Origin: Bacteroidia bacterium
GTDB lineage: Bacteria; Bacteroidota; Bacteroidia; AKYH767-A; JBBKVM01
Assembly (NCBI GenBank): GCA_037969175.1
Contig: JBBKWX010000055.1
Coordinates: forward strand, 65,758-129,757
Direction of reading: 5' to 3'
DNA: 64,000 nt
Made by a program: the position numbers and the translations under genes. This document shows, piece after piece, positions 43,340 through 54,437 of the stretch (position 1 is the first letter of the stretch; each line of letters begins with the position of its first letter). The notes below the pieces were generated by a model that had not been told where the DNA came from, searched no databases, and was given only the letters and a program-made list of their open reading frames with translations.

Positions 43340-44860
43340 TTAATGTTTAAAATGTCTTGTTCCCGTCATTACCATTACAACACCCAGTTTATCTGATGCG
43401 TCAATGGAATCCTGATCTTTTATAGACCCTCCGGGTTGAATAATAGCTTTTATTCCTGCTTGAGCTGAGATCTCCACGCAATCAGGGAATGGGAAGAATG
43501 CATCAGATGCCATGACAGCATCATTTAAGTCAAACTTGAAAGCAGCAGCTTTTGCTATTGCTTGCTTCAAAGCATCAACTCTTGAAGTTTGCCCTACACC
43601 ACTGGCCAGCATTTGTTTGTTTTTTACAATTACAATTGCATTTGATCGGGTATGTTTACAAACTTTATTGGCAAACAACAGATCTTCGATCTGCTCATTA
43701 TTTGCTTCTATCTTGCTTACACATTTCAGGTCAGCTGTTTGCTCTGTCTTTAGATCTTTATCCTGAGATATAAATCCATTTAACAAAGTTCTGACTTGGG
43801 TAGGTGCAAGTTTTACTTTTTTTCTTTTTAGAATGATGCGATTTTTCTTTTCGGATAAAATCTGAATTGCTTCTTCAGTGAATGAAGGAGCAACGATCAA
43901 TTCAAAAAATATTGCATTGGCCCCAGCGGCAACTTCAGCATCAACTTCAGCATTTGCAATCAAAACACCACCGAATGCTGAGACCGGGTCGGCCTGTAAA
44001 GCATCTTTCCATGCATTGATAAGTGTTGATCTGCTTGCGATTCCGCAGGCGTTATTGTGTTTTAATATTGCAAATGTAGGTTCTTCAAACTCATCTATGA
44101 GTTGAACCCCTGCATCCAGATCCAATAAATTATTATAAGATAATGCCTTTCCATTCAACTGCTCGAACATAGCATTCAGGTCACCATGAAAGACACCATT
44201 CTGATGCGGGTTTTCACCGTAGCGCAAACTTTCACCTGAAGCAACACTGATCTTTAAGTTCTTTGAGACAGGTGAAAAATAATTATAAATGGCAGTATCA
44301 TAATGTGAGCTGACATTGAAAGCTTCTGCTGCCATAGCTTTCCGCTGATCCATCGAGCTTTCTCCATTTTGTTGAGTGATGATATCCAACAAGGTGTCAT
44401 AATGATCTTTGGAGGGAACGATCAATACATCTTTAAAATTTTTAGCTGCAGCACGGATCAAAGAAATTCCACCAATATCGATCTTTTCAATGACTGCACT
44501 TTCTTCTGCACCTGAAGCAAGTGTTTCTTCAAATGGATACAGATCGACAATTACCAAATCAATTTCCGGAATTTCATACTCCGCCATTTGAAGCAGATCA
44601 TTCGATTCTTCGCGTCTGCCAAGGATTCCTCCAAAAATCTTAGGGTGTAATGTTTTTACTCTGCCTCCTAGAATTGAAGGATAAGCAGTAAGTTCTTCGA
44701 CGGGAGTAACACTCACTCCAAGACCTTCTATAAATTCCTGTGTACCACCGGTCGAGAAAATTTTCACACCTAATTTAGCAAGACCCTGAATAACAGGTTC
44801 GAGCTTGTCTTTGTAATATACTGAAATTAAGGCGTTTTGAATCTTCTTTTGACTTGTCAT
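43340..44860 (-). CDS. purH: Bifunctional AICAR formyltransferase / IMP cyclohydrolase
   Basis: The MGS-like N-terminus is 'ALISVYYKDKL...GVKIFSTGGT'. The AICARFT domain is present. The start was set to the ATG at 44860 ('MTSQKK') because the upstream TTG extension is unlikely. Confidence 0.95.
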   Translation of the reverse strand: MTSQKKIQNALISVYYKDKLEPVIQGLAKLGVKIFSTGGTQEFIEGLGVSVTPVEELTAYPSILGGRVKTLHPKIFGGILGRREESNDLLQMAEYEIPEIDLVIVDLYPFEETLASGAEESAVIEKIDIGGISLIRAAAKNFKDVLIVPSKDHYDTLLDIITQQNGESSMDQRKAMAAEAFNVSSHYDTAIYNYFSPVSKNLKISVASGESLRYGENPHQNGVFHGDLNAMFEQLNGKALSYNNLLDLDAGVQLIDEFEEPTFAILKHNNACGIASRSTLINAWKDALQADPVSAFGGVLIANAEVDAEVAAGANAIFFELIVAPSFTEEAIQILSEKKNRIILKRKKVKLAPTQVRTLLNGFISQDKDLKTEQTADLKCVSKIEANNEQIEDLLFANKVCKHTRSNAIVIVKNKQMLASGVGQTSRVDALKQAIAKAAAFKFDLNDAVMASDAFFPFPDCVEISAQAGIKAIIQPGGSIKDQDSIDASDKLGVVMVMTGTRHFKH

Positions 44861-44990
44861 TAAGGGGCAGGAAATTATGTGCAAGTTTAGCAAAATTAGC
44901 TACAACAAACAACAACAGAAGCCTGAATTCTCGTATATTTATGAGATATGCTGCCATAGTTTTTTATTACCTTTGGATAATCACGATTTT

Positions 44991-46238
44991 ATGCTTTTCC
45001 TAAGATTTTTAGCCGAGTCATTTAACTTCGCATTACATGCGTTAAGTGTGAACAAACTCAGGACATTTTTGTCTTTGTTGGGAATAAGCATCGGTATTTT
45101 TGCAATCATTTCTGTGTTGACAGTTGTTGATTCATTGGAAAAGAATGTACGTGGCAGTGTGGCTTCCTTGGGAGATAATGTTTTGTATATCCAAAAATGG
45201 CCATGGGCTACTTCTTCAGATTATCCTTGGTGGAAATATTTGAACCGACCTTCGCCCAGTTTACAAGAAGCAGAAGATATAAAGCGTCGTTTGCTTTCGG
45301 TTGAAGCTGTTTCATTTCAGGCCTGGATCCTTTCCAAAACCATTAAAGCAGGTAAAAACTCAGTTGAAAATGTAGGTGTAATGCCTGTGTCTCATGATTA
45401 TGAGCAGATAAAACTTTTCGATCTGGTAGAGGGTAGGTATTTTACAGAATCAGAAAGTGCCGGCGGAAGCCCTGTTGCAATTATTGGCTATGATGTTTAT
45501 GATAAATTGTTTCCTAATGGAAATGCTATAGGCAAAGATATTCTGGCATTAGGAAGAAAAATGTCTGTTATCGGAGTATTTGCGAAAGAGGGATCAAGTC
45601 TGGTAGGAAATAGCATGGATGAACTTGTTTTGACTCCTGTAAAATATGCCCGTAACATTGTGGATATAACTGTTGATCAAAGCCAACCCTGGATCCAGGT
45701 AAAAGGAAAAGCAGGAATAAATAATGCCGAACTCAAAGATGAAGTAAGAGGGATAATGAGATCCTTACGTCAATTGAGTCCTCGTGAAGAAGATAATTTT
45801 GCATTGAATGAATCTTCTTTATTATCCGCCGGAATAACCAGCATATTTGGCGTGATCAATATTGCAGGATGGATAATTGGTGGATTCTCAATTCTGGTTG
45901 GAGGCTTTGGTATCGCAAATATTATGTTTGTTTCAGTGAAAGAACGTACATCGATCATTGGAATTCAAAAGTCATTGGGAGCAAAACGTTATTTCATTCT
46001 GATGCAATTTTTAGTTGAATCAATTATCCTTTGTCTTGTAGGTGGGATCATCGGTTTGATGATCGTTTTCGGATTGACTTATCTGGCTTCTGCATCGATG
46101 GATTTTAAGATAGCTTTGTCTTCCGGCAACATCATAACAGGTCTTGTGATCTCTGTTTCTATCGGAGTTATCTCAGGATTTATTCCTGCTTATACTGCAT
46201 CCAGATTGGATCCGGTAGAAGCGATAAGAGCATCCTAA
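44991..46238 (+). CDS. ABC transporter permease, FtsX/MacB-like (with an N-terminal MacB periplasmic domain)
   Basis: Transmembrane helix 1 is 'LRTFLSLLGISIGIFAIISV'. A periplasmic domain follows, then three C-terminal helices carrying the FtsX motif 'ERTSIIGIQKSLGAKRYFI'. The start was moved to 44991 to avoid a divergent overlap with purH. Confidence 0.8.
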   Translation: MLFLRFLAESFNFALHALSVNKLRTFLSLLGISIGIFAIISVLTVVDSLEKNVRGSVASLGDNVLYIQKWPWATSSDYPWWKYLNRPSPSLQEAEDIKRRLLSVEAVSFQAWILSKTIKAGKNSVENVGVMPVSHDYEQIKLFDLVEGRYFTESESAGGSPVAIIGYDVYDKLFPNGNAIGKDILALGRKMSVIGVFAKEGSSLVGNSMDELVLTPVKYARNIVDITVDQSQPWIQVKGKAGINNAELKDEVRGIMRSLRQLSPREEDNFALNESSLLSAGITSIFGVINIAGWIIGGFSILVGGFGIANIMFVSVKERTSIIGIQKSLGAKRYFILMQFLVESIILCLVGGIIGLMIVFGLTYLASASMDFKIALSSGNIITGLVISVSIGVISGFIPAYTASRLDPVEAIRAS

Positions 46239-47440
46239 TGCTGACCAATTTCTTTATTGACGATCTTATGATCACCGGTTAACACCAATCCCATCATCAT
46301 CATCAGGCTGGAAGTTAAAATTATCAGGAACAAGATCCCTTCACTGAATCCGGGAATCTGATATTTCGGAGGAATACTGTAATAAAGCAAAATAGTGATC
46401 AAGCCTCTGGGTGCAATGAACAGATCCGGCATCAGATCATTCTTTGTAAAAACCCGTAAATAAAGAAATCTGACAATTAAGATTGATAAGATCCCTAATC
46501 CGCCGATCACGATTACATTTAGATCCAACAGGGTTTCGAGCGTAAATGAAAATCCAAATAATAGGAAAAAGAATGTGCGGATAAGGAAAGCCGATTCAGC
46601 TGTGATCATTTTCAACTGTTCCAGTTCATCATGTATTTTTCCGGGTTCAAAATATTTCGCGATCTTCCCTCTAACGATCAGATGTGTATTGTTAATAGTC
46701 ATTCCAAAAGCCAGCACCAGTAACAAAGAGGAAAGATGAACCATTTTACCTACTGAGTAAACGATTACAAGCACAGCAATTACCAAAAAGAACTTTATAT
46801 GGTGGCTGATCTTTTCGATAAAAAACATGAGGAGTAATCCCCCAACAATGGAGATAATTATAATCAGGATCAGACTTAAGCTAAAATCGAGTAAACCTGC
46901 ACCGGTGATCACTTCATTAACCATCACAAAATTGAACAACATGATGCCCAATATGTCACTGAATGTTGCTTCATAAACCAGAAATTCTCTTTTAGATGCG
47001 ATCAGGTTTTTAATACTTGGAATCGCAACGGCACTGCTGATTACACCTAGAGGTATTGCAGTAAGCAAACTTTGGTGAAAGGTAGCATCCAGGAAATAAT
47101 GAATGATATATCCAATGGCAAACGAAGTCGCAACCAAAATGAATAAGGCACTATAGATTGAGTTTTTTATCAAGGGAAGTTTTTCCCGCGATAATTCAAG
47201 ATCCAGCGAACCTTCAAGTACGATTAGAATTAGACCGATGATGCCAAATAATTCCAAGAGTGGTTTAGTATCCGGAAGGTCAAAATGAAATCTAATACTC
47301 ACATATTTCAAGATCAGTCCGGTTCCTAAAAGCATTAAAACGGACGGAACCCGGGTGAGTTTTGAAAGTACATCAAAAAGGTAGGAAAGGATAACAATTA
47401 CCCCAAGGAAGATCAATATTTCATACGAAGAGAATCCCAT
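46235..47440 (-). CDS. Cation:proton antiporter (CPA1 / NhaP-type Na+/H+ exchanger)
   Basis: It has 11-12 transmembrane helices. The N-terminus 'EILIFLGVIVILSYLFDVLSKLTRVPSVLMLLGTGLIL' is typical of the Na_H_Exchanger family. Confidence 0.8.
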   Translation of the reverse strand: MGFSSYEILIFLGVIVILSYLFDVLSKLTRVPSVLMLLGTGLILKYVSIRFHFDLPDTKPLLELFGIIGLILIVLEGSLDLELSREKLPLIKNSIYSALFILVATSFAIGYIIHYFLDATFHQSLLTAIPLGVISSAVAIPSIKNLIASKREFLVYEATFSDILGIMLFNFVMVNEVITGAGLLDFSLSLILIIIISIVGGLLLMFFIEKISHHIKFFLVIAVLVIVYSVGKMVHLSSLLLVLAFGMTINNTHLIVRGKIAKYFEPGKIHDELEQLKMITAESAFLIRTFFFLLFGFSFTLETLLDLNVIVIGGLGILSILIVRFLYLRVFTKNDLMPDLFIAPRGLITILLYYSIPPKYQIPGFSEGILFLIILTSSLMMMMGLVLTGDHKIVNKEIGQH

Positions 47441-47544
47441 ATAATTTCAAATTGAGCCCTATAATACACAATACTTGCATCAAAGAGCGTGTAATATCAG
47501 TACAAAAATTTATTTATTTCAAAACTTAAATCAAAATGTTAAGC

Positions 47545-47586
47545 TAAAAACTATGCTGTAGATATCTACAGCATAGTTTTAAAAAT
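47545..47586 (-). terminator. Rho-independent terminator after the GNAT/nitrilase gene (minus strand; palindromic)
   Basis: A perfect palindrome 'ctatgctgtagatatctacagcatag' at 47551..47576 is flanked by A5 and T4 runs, so it can act on either strand. Confidence 0.5.
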
Positions 47587-47642
47587 AGATGAATTGTTAA
47601 TAGTTTAATTAAATCGAAAAATGATTTTCAAGATCTTGATTT

Positions 47643-49280
47643 TTAAATATCGATTTCCTGATCGTCTTCTGTATACTTGAGTGTATACATGTCTTTCCGC
47701 CTATCTGTCCATGGTTGCACCGAACCGGATTCTCTGTGTTTTTGAAGATTATTCAGATCCAGATCCTGAAAGATCATGGTCTCAATATTTGCATTGCATT
47801 CAGCAGCTATACCATCTCTTGCAAAATGGAAATCGTTGGGTGTAAAAATGGCACTTTCTGCATAATGTACATCCATGTTTTCCACAAAGGGCAAGTTGCC
47901 TACACATCCTGAAGTAACTACATAAACTTGGTTTTCAATACATCTTGCCTGTGAACAATATTTTACTCTGAGGTAAGCTCTTCTTTCATCTGTACAGAAA
48001 GGAACAAAAATTACATTGGCTCCTTTTTTACGTGCGATCCTGGCTAACTCAGGGAATTCGATATCATAGCAGATCAGAATTGCTACTTTTCCTTTGTCTG
48101 TATCAAAAACTTCTACTTTATTTCCGGGTTTTACTCCCCACCATTTTCTTTCATGAGGGGTAATGTGGATCTTATATTGTTTGCCAACTGTTCCATCTCT
48201 TTTGAAAAGAAAGGAAATATTAAAAAGATCAGCTCCTTCAAGCATGATATGTGATCCGCCAATAATATTTGTATTGTATTTAACAGCAAGTCCACTGAAA
48301 AGATCGAGATATTGTTGAGTGAATTCGCTTAACATGCGAATGGTAGTACCGGGACCTTTTTGCGGTAAAAACGATAGCAATTGATTTGTAAACATTTCCG
48401 GGAAAACCACAAAGTCACTTCGGTAATCAGATGCAACGTCAACAAAATATTCTACGTTCGTTGCAAAGTCTTCAAAATGTTTGATCTGTCTGAGCTGATA
48501 TTGAACCGTACAAACTCTCATATATGGATCATATGAGGGCTTTTTCTTTTTGGGTGAATAGTGTATGTTGGTCCATTCAAGATAAGTTGCATACCCACCT
48601 GATTCCAAATCATCCGGTAAGTAATCCGGAATTAGTCTGATCAGTACAAATCCATTCGCCATCTGTGCAGTAAGTACAGGATCAAAAATTGCACGTTCAT
48701 GTACTTTATCTACATACTCATCAGCCGTAATATCCGGGGCATGTTTTGCATAGCCGGGGATTCGTCCGCCAATTGCAATTCGTTTCAGGTTTTGATCGAC
48801 AACAAGTTTTTTTCTTGCTTCATATAACCTGCGTGATAATTTCATATTCCGGTACTCCGGATCCACCATCATCTCTATACCATACAATGTATCACCTTCC
48901 GGATTATGGTTTGTGATATATCCACGATTGGTTATTTCTCTCCAATTATGGGTGTCATTGTACTCATCAAATTCCAGGATCAGTGAGCTCGAGCTGGCAA
49001 CGATCTTACCATTGATATCAATGAGTATCTGACCCTCTTTGAATGTATCGATCATGCTTTTAAATTGCCCTCTGGTCCAGGGCGGCATCTTAGGAAAACA
49101 TAATTTCGAAAGTCCTACAACCTGCTCATAGTCTTCTATGTTGGCAGTTCTGACTTTGATCTTTTTTTGTTGATCCAGGAGATTTATTTTAACTGCTTCC
49201 TTATACCTTGCATTGCTTCCCTTAGCTTTTACTTCGGCTTTAGGGTCAATGAATTTTGGTATGTCTTTTTTCTTCGTCAT
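47643..49280 (-). CDS. Bifunctional GNAT N-acetyltransferase / carbon-nitrogen hydrolase (nitrilase superfamily) protein
   Basis: An N-terminal GNAT fold is present. The C-terminal nitrilase-superfamily motifs carry the catalytic Glu ('VVFPEMF'), Lys ('FLFKRDGT') and Cys ('ICYDIEFPE'). The protein is 545 aa. Confidence 0.8.
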   Translation of the reverse strand: MTKKKDIPKFIDPKAEVKAKGSNARYKEAVKINLLDQQKKIKVRTANIEDYEQVVGLSKLCFPKMPPWTRGQFKSMIDTFKEGQILIDINGKIVASSSSLILEFDEYNDTHNWREITNRGYITNHNPEGDTLYGIEMMVDPEYRNMKLSRRLYEARKKLVVDQNLKRIAIGGRIPGYAKHAPDITADEYVDKVHERAIFDPVLTAQMANGFVLIRLIPDYLPDDLESGGYATYLEWTNIHYSPKKKKPSYDPYMRVCTVQYQLRQIKHFEDFATNVEYFVDVASDYRSDFVVFPEMFTNQLLSFLPQKGPGTTIRMLSEFTQQYLDLFSGLAVKYNTNIIGGSHIMLEGADLFNISFLFKRDGTVGKQYKIHITPHERKWWGVKPGNKVEVFDTDKGKVAILICYDIEFPELARIARKKGANVIFVPFCTDERRAYLRVKYCSQARCIENQVYVVTSGCVGNLPFVENMDVHYAESAIFTPNDFHFARDGIAAECNANIETMIFQDLDLNNLQKHRESGSVQPWTDRRKDMYTLKYTEDDQEIDI

Positions 49281-49295
49281 AAATAATCTGATAAA

Positions 49296-49868
49296 CTAAA
49301 CAATGGGGTTGATCAAATAATATCTTAGATGATCTTCCCAAACACCATTTATATGTAAATATTTTTCTGCTAATCCTTCATTTTTAAATTGACATTTTTC
49401 AAGGACACGTATCGAAGCTATGTTTTTTGGGATTACATTGGCTTCTATTCTATGGAGTTGTAATTGACTAAAAACAAACTGAATTGCGCCACTGATCGCT
49501 TTTGTTGCAATTCCTTTTCCACATTCCGAGTAGTCTATTTTATAACCTAAGTGACAAGCCTTAAAAGCTCCCCAGATAATGTTGGAAAAAGAAATATCCC
49601 CGATTATTCGTTCGGGTTGAACATGACTGGAAATGTAAAATCTTAATGCTCTCCTTTCAGCTTGTAATGAAATTTGATCAATTAATATTTCTTCTTGTTT
49701 TGTTAAGGTATAAAACTCTTTTTTCGGAATTGGTATCCAGGGAGAAAAATGATTTTTATTTCTTTCATGATAATCCAATAAGGGTACTGCAAATTTTATA
49801 TCCGGACCTTTCAATACTATGTCATCAATAATTAGTTTGATAGGTTGCTCAAGTGAGACAGGTTGCAT
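49296..49868 (-). CDS. GNAT-family N-acetyltransferase
   Basis: The acetyl-CoA binding region is 'CHLGYKIDYSECGKGIATKAI'. The protein is 190 aa. It lies 15 nt upstream of the GNAT/nitrilase gene on the same strand. Confidence 0.7.
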   Translation of the reverse strand: MQPVSLEQPIKLIIDDIVLKGPDIKFAVPLLDYHERNKNHFSPWIPIPKKEFYTLTKQEEILIDQISLQAERRALRFYISSHVQPERIIGDISFSNIIWGAFKACHLGYKIDYSECGKGIATKAISGAIQFVFSQLQLHRIEANVIPKNIASIRVLEKCQFKNEGLAEKYLHINGVWEDHLRYYLINPIV

Positions 49869-50004
49869 ACCGGAAAATTAAACCCCGGAACAGCATAACA
49901 ACTAACCGGATACACAGATAATATATTTATCTGAGCTTGCATTAAATATAGTCAAAATAATACAATTTCCCAAAATAGCGGAGGCATTGTATAAGAATAC
50001 CTGC

Positions 50005-53000
50005 TTATTGTGATCCCAATTGTTCAATTAATTGTCTGGCTTTTCCAATCTTTTTCACATCATTGAATCGGATAGATAATCGGCCTTTCTCCTCCTTCAA
50101 TTTGCAAGACCCGGAATTGCTTTGTACAAATTTTAGTACACTCGAAAAACGATCACTTTGATAATAGGCGGAGTTTGGATCTGCTACAAAATAAGCAATC
50201 AACTTTTGATTCTTTAAAATAAACTTTTCTATTCCAATTTCTTTTGCCTTCCATCGAAGCCGGATCGTTTCCATCAATTCTTCAACCTGAAAAGGAACAG
50301 GACCAAAACGATCTTTTAAGGATTCTTCAAAATACAGCAATTCTTTCTCGTTTTCCAAGGAATCAAGTTCACGATAAAGACTTAATCTTTCAGTGATATT
50401 ATTTACATAATCGTTTGGGATCAAGATCTCCATATCCGTATCGATCTGGCAATCCTGAACAAAAGCCCCGGGTGCTTCATCTGCAAACAAATCTTTGAAA
50501 TCACTTTCTTTCAACTCTCTGATTGCTTCATCCAGGATCTTATGATACATCTCGTATCCGATCTCAGAAATGAAGCCACTTTGTTCACCACCCAATAAAT
50601 TCCCTGCTCCCCGGATATCAAGATCGCGCATTGCGATATTGAATCCACTTCCCAGATCGGAGAATTCTTCAATTGCTCTAAGCCTCTGTCTTGCTTCACT
50701 TGTAAGCAATGAAACAGGAGGAGATAACAAATAACAGAAAGCTTTTCTATTAGATCTTCCAACTCTTCCTCTCATTTGATGCAGGTCGCTCAATCCAAAA
50801 TGATGTGCGTTCTGAATTATGATAGTATTTGCATTGGGTATATCCAATCCGGATTCAATAATGGTTGTAGCTACTAACACATCAAAGTCACCATCTATAA
50901 AACCAAGCAAGGTATCTTCCAATTGAGGACCATCCATTTGTCCATGTCCTACTGCAATCCTAGCATCCGGAACAAGCCGTTTTATCAATCCTGCAATGTC
51001 ATGTATATCCTGAACCCGGTTATGTACAAAGAAAACCTGCCCGCCTCTTTCGAGCTCAAACATGATCGCATCCCGGATAGTTTCTTCCGAAAAAATATGA
51101 AGTTCAGTAGTAACCGGAACCCTGTTTGGTGGAGGAGTAGTGATGATACTTAAATCCCGGGCACCCATCAATGAGAATTGCAGTGTACGCGGAATAGGTG
51201 TTGCAGTCAATGTTAATGTATCAACATTGATTCTAATTTGTTTTAATTTTTCTTTTGCAGCGACACCAAATTTTTGTTCTTCATCAATGATCATCAAACC
51301 CAGATCCTGGAATTTAATGTCTTTCCCAAGCAAACGATGTGTCCCAATGATGATATCAATTTTACCTGCTTCCAGTTTTTCAAGACTAAGCTTTTGCTGT
51401 TTTGAAGTTTTGAATCTGTTGATATAATCTACAGTACAGGGCATTTCTTTTAATCGATCAACAAATGTATTGTAATGCTGTAATGCAAGTATGGTTGTTG
51501 GTACAAGAACAGCTACCTGCTTGCCATCCGTAACTGCCTTGAATGCAGCTCTGATAGCAATTTCAGTTTTGCCAAATCCAACATCTCCGCAAATAAGACG
51601 GTCCATTGGAAATGGTTTTTCCATATCCTTTTTGAAATCTACAGTAGCCTTTTCTTGATCGGGAGTATCCTCATAAATAAATGAAGCCTCCAGTTCTGTT
51701 TGTAAATAGGTATCCGGAGTAAAAGCAAAACCTTGTTGTGCTTTGCGTTTAGCATAAAGAGCAATAAGATCTTTTGCAATATCCTTTACTTTCTTTTTTG
51801 TCTTTTGTTTTAAAGTGGACCAGGTATTAGATCCTAACTTGTTGAGTGAAGGTTCTTTTCCTTCTTTGCCGGTATATCTTGTTATTCTGTGTAATGAATG
51901 TATGCTTACATACAGAATATCATTGTCTCTATATACCAGCCTAACTGCTTCTTGAGTCTTTCCATTTACATCGATGATCTCGAGTCCGGCAAATCTTCCA
52001 ACACCATGATCAATATGTGTTACAAAATCTCCGGGTTTTAAAGAGTAGAGTTCTTTTAACGTTAGAGCTTCACTTTTGCTGTACTGTTGTTTGAGCTTGA
52101 ATCGATGATATCTGTTGAAGATCTGATGATCTGTATAACACATGATTTTCAGATCATGATCCTGAAATCCTTCATGAATGCTCATCAGTATAGGATTCAT
52201 ACTCACATCTTTCCCTATATCAGCAAAGATCGCATACAACCTCTCTATTTGTTTTGCGGCATCGGCAAAAATAAGATTGTCATACCCTTTCTGTTTATTG
52301 GATTGAAGATCTTCAATCAGTAAAGGAAAGTTTTTATTGAATGATGGCTGCGGGCTGGTTTTAAACTCAAGTTCTAATGTAGAATTGAAATAAAATCTGT
52401 TGCCAAATTCAATTACTGTAAACTGATTTAATTTACCTAAAATTTCAAGCTTGGTATCAAATAATTCTTCCGGCTTGAGATGTAATAAAAGGCTATCCGA
52501 ATTTGAGTAGAGCTCCTGTGTCTTCTCATAATTGCGATCGATGAAATCGATAGAATCTCGGAGGTCAGAGAACCATAATTTCGTTTCTTTCGGAATAAAA
52601 TCGAAGAAACTTTCCCGGCTTTCTCGGAGCAGATTTTTTTGAACATTTGGAATCAAAGTAACATGATTCATCTGATCCACTTTTAACTGATCAGTTGGAT
52701 TAAAAGTCCGGATCGATTCTACTTTATCTCCGTCAAGTTCTATACGGAAAGGCAATTCATGAGCATAAGAGTAAATATCAATGATCCCGCCACGGATCGC
52801 AAATTGACCGGCTTCATAAACAAAATCACTGTGTTCGAATTCGTATTCCTGCAAAAATTCCATCAGAAAATCCATGCTCAATGGATCTTCCAGACGGATA
52901 TCCATAGTATGTGATGCAAGATTTTTCTTGGTAACTACTTTTTCATTTATTGCTTCCGGAAAAGTAACGATCAACAGATCCCCACCTCTTCGAATCCGAT

Positions 53001-53331
53001 TCAGTACTTCGGCCCTGAGAAGAATATTTGCATTATCAGTTTCTTCAATCTGATAAGGTCTTCTATAGGAAGCAGGATAAAAAAGTGTATGATTACTTCC
53101 TGCTAGATTCTCAATATTATTTAAGAAAAATGCAGCTTCTTCTTTATCCGGTAATACAAAAAGATGGGTTCCTGTATTTTCTTTATATACTGCAGCAGCA
53201 ATGAATGCAGGCATGGAACCGCTACATCCTTTGAGCCTTACCTGATGGTTTTCTTTTGAAGAAAGTGTGGGTATAAGTTTCCTTAATTGTGGGCTTTCAA
53301 TATATCGCTTAAGTAGATCGCTAATATTCAC
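50005..53331 (-). CDS. mfd: Transcription-repair coupling factor
   Basis: An UvrB-homology N-terminal region is present. The RNAP-interacting domain is present. The DEAD/DEAH helicase motifs are 'LICGDVGFGKTE' (Walker A) and 'LMIIDEEQKFGV' (DEEQ). The TRCF C-terminus is present. The protein is 1108 aa with a GTG start. Confidence 0.95.
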   Translation of the reverse strand: MNISDLLKRYIESPQLRKLIPTLSSKENHQVRLKGCSGSMPAFIAAAVYKENTGTHLFVLPDKEEAAFFLNNIENLAGSNHTLFYPASYRRPYQIEETDNANILLRAEVLNRIRRGGDLLIVTFPEAINEKVVTKKNLASHTMDIRLEDPLSMDFLMEFLQEYEFEHSDFVYEAGQFAIRGGIIDIYSYAHELPFRIELDGDKVESIRTFNPTDQLKVDQMNHVTLIPNVQKNLLRESRESFFDFIPKETKLWFSDLRDSIDFIDRNYEKTQELYSNSDSLLLHLKPEELFDTKLEILGKLNQFTVIEFGNRFYFNSTLELEFKTSPQPSFNKNFPLLIEDLQSNKQKGYDNLIFADAAKQIERLYAIFADIGKDVSMNPILMSIHEGFQDHDLKIMCYTDHQIFNRYHRFKLKQQYSKSEALTLKELYSLKPGDFVTHIDHGVGRFAGLEIIDVNGKTQEAVRLVYRDNDILYVSIHSLHRITRYTGKEGKEPSLNKLGSNTWSTLKQKTKKKVKDIAKDLIALYAKRKAQQGFAFTPDTYLQTELEASFIYEDTPDQEKATVDFKKDMEKPFPMDRLICGDVGFGKTEIAIRAAFKAVTDGKQVAVLVPTTILALQHYNTFVDRLKEMPCTVDYINRFKTSKQQKLSLEKLEAGKIDIIIGTHRLLGKDIKFQDLGLMIIDEEQKFGVAAKEKLKQIRINVDTLTLTATPIPRTLQFSLMGARDLSIITTPPPNRVPVTTELHIFSEETIRDAIMFELERGGQVFFVHNRVQDIHDIAGLIKRLVPDARIAVGHGQMDGPQLEDTLLGFIDGDFDVLVATTIIESGLDIPNANTIIIQNAHHFGLSDLHQMRGRVGRSNRKAFCYLLSPPVSLLTSEARQRLRAIEEFSDLGSGFNIAMRDLDIRGAGNLLGGEQSGFISEIGYEMYHKILDEAIRELKESDFKDLFADEAPGAFVQDCQIDTDMEILIPNDYVNNITERLSLYRELDSLENEKELLYFEESLKDRFGPVPFQVEELMETIRLRWKAKEIGIEKFILKNQKLIAYFVADPNSAYYQSDRFSSVLKFVQSNSGSCKLKEEKGRLSIRFNDVKKIGKARQLIEQLGSQ

Positions 53332-53343
53332 TTTCTGATTCTA

Positions 53344-54372
53344 TCAAGCCTCTACTGTAGCATATTTAAGCATAAATTCTTCTGCTTTTTTTACCATTTC
53401 TTCCGAACCAATAAAAAAGGGAACACGTTGATGCAAAGCATCCGGTTTGATATCCATGATACGATTAAAGCCATCTGATGCTTTTCCACCTGCTTGTTCA
53501 ATGATGAAGGCTAATGGATTGCATTCATACAGCAAACGTAATTTCCCATGGGGGGACTTTAATGTGGCGGGATATATAAAGATTCCGCCTTTTAATAAGT
53601 TACGATGAAAATCAGATACCAGTGATCCAATATATCTGCTGGAATAGGGTCTGTTCGTAGCATCATCTTCCTCCTGGCAATACTTTAAATAGTCTTTAAC
53701 ACCCTGCGGAAAATGACAATAATTTCCTTCATTGATAGAGTAGATCGTGCCCGTTTTTGGCGTTATAATATCCGGATGTGACAAACAAAATTCTCCAATT
53801 GAAGGATCAAGTGTAAATCCATTTACTCCTTTTCCTGTGGTGTATACAAGCATGGTAGAGGAGCCATAAGTAACATACCCGGCTGCTACTTGCTTATATC
53901 CTTCCTGATAAAACTCGTCAATTTCACAAACTCCTTGCGGGCTTGTTTTTCTAAATATTGAAAAAATGGTACCTATTGAAACATTTACATCAATATTGGA
54001 TGAACCGTCGAGCGGATCCATAGCTACCAGATATTTGGCATTTTTGGAAACTTCTGAATCGATGACCAGCATATCTGTATTTTCTTCAGATGCAATGGCG
54101 CAACATTCACCACCTGATTGTAAGGCAGCTATAAATTGATCATTTGCAAAAACATCTAATTTCTTTACCTCTTCTCCCTGAACATTTATATCTCCTGCAG
54201 TGCCAAGAATATCAACCAGTCCGGCTTTATTTACTTCCCTGTTAACGATCTTCGCCGCAATTCCTATATCTCTCAATAATCGTGATAGTTCTCCTTTTGC
54301 ATATGGGAAATCTGATTGTCTTTCTATGATGAATTGACCGAGAGTCTTGACTCCGTGTGTATATCGAACCAT
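53344..54372 (-). CDS. fbp: Fructose-1,6-bisphosphatase class 1
   Basis: The FBPase metal- and substrate-site motifs are 'DPLDGSSN', '[21 protein letters not shown]' and 'SRYIGSLV'. The protein is 342 aa. Confidence 0.9.
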   Translation of the reverse strand: MVRYTHGVKTLGQFIIERQSDFPYAKGELSRLLRDIGIAAKIVNREVNKAGLVDILGTAGDINVQGEEVKKLDVFANDQFIAALQSGGECCAIASEENTDMLVIDSEVSKNAKYLVAMDPLDGSSNIDVNVSIGTIFSIFRKTSPQGVCEIDEFYQEGYKQVAAGYVTYGSSTMLVYTTGKGVNGFTLDPSIGEFCLSHPDIITPKTGTIYSINEGNYCHFPQGVKDYLKYCQEEDDATNRPYSSRYIGSLVSDFHRNLLKGGIFIYPATLKSPHGKLRLLYECNPLAFIIEQAGGKASDGFNRIMDIKPDALHQRVPFFIGSEEMVKKAEEFMLKYATVEA

Positions 54373-54437
54373 TATTAAAGAAATTGGTATACAAAGATAC
54401 TAAAAAGGGAGTTTGAGGCTAATTCTTATATTGCATA

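Noticed and set aside
38347-43343. Plus-strand ORFs of 95-150 aa inside rodA, mrdA, mreD and mreB
   Set aside because: They are antisense to highly conserved cell-shape genes, and nothing in the sequence supports them.
44877-44990. Upstream ATG start for the ABC permease (453-aa version), and a TTG-extended purH (517-aa version)
   Set aside because: The extensions would make two divergent genes overlap at their 5' ends. The conserved N-termini are 'MLFLRF...LRTFLSLLGI' for FtsX-like permeases and 'ALISVYYK' for PurH, and both begin at the shorter starts.
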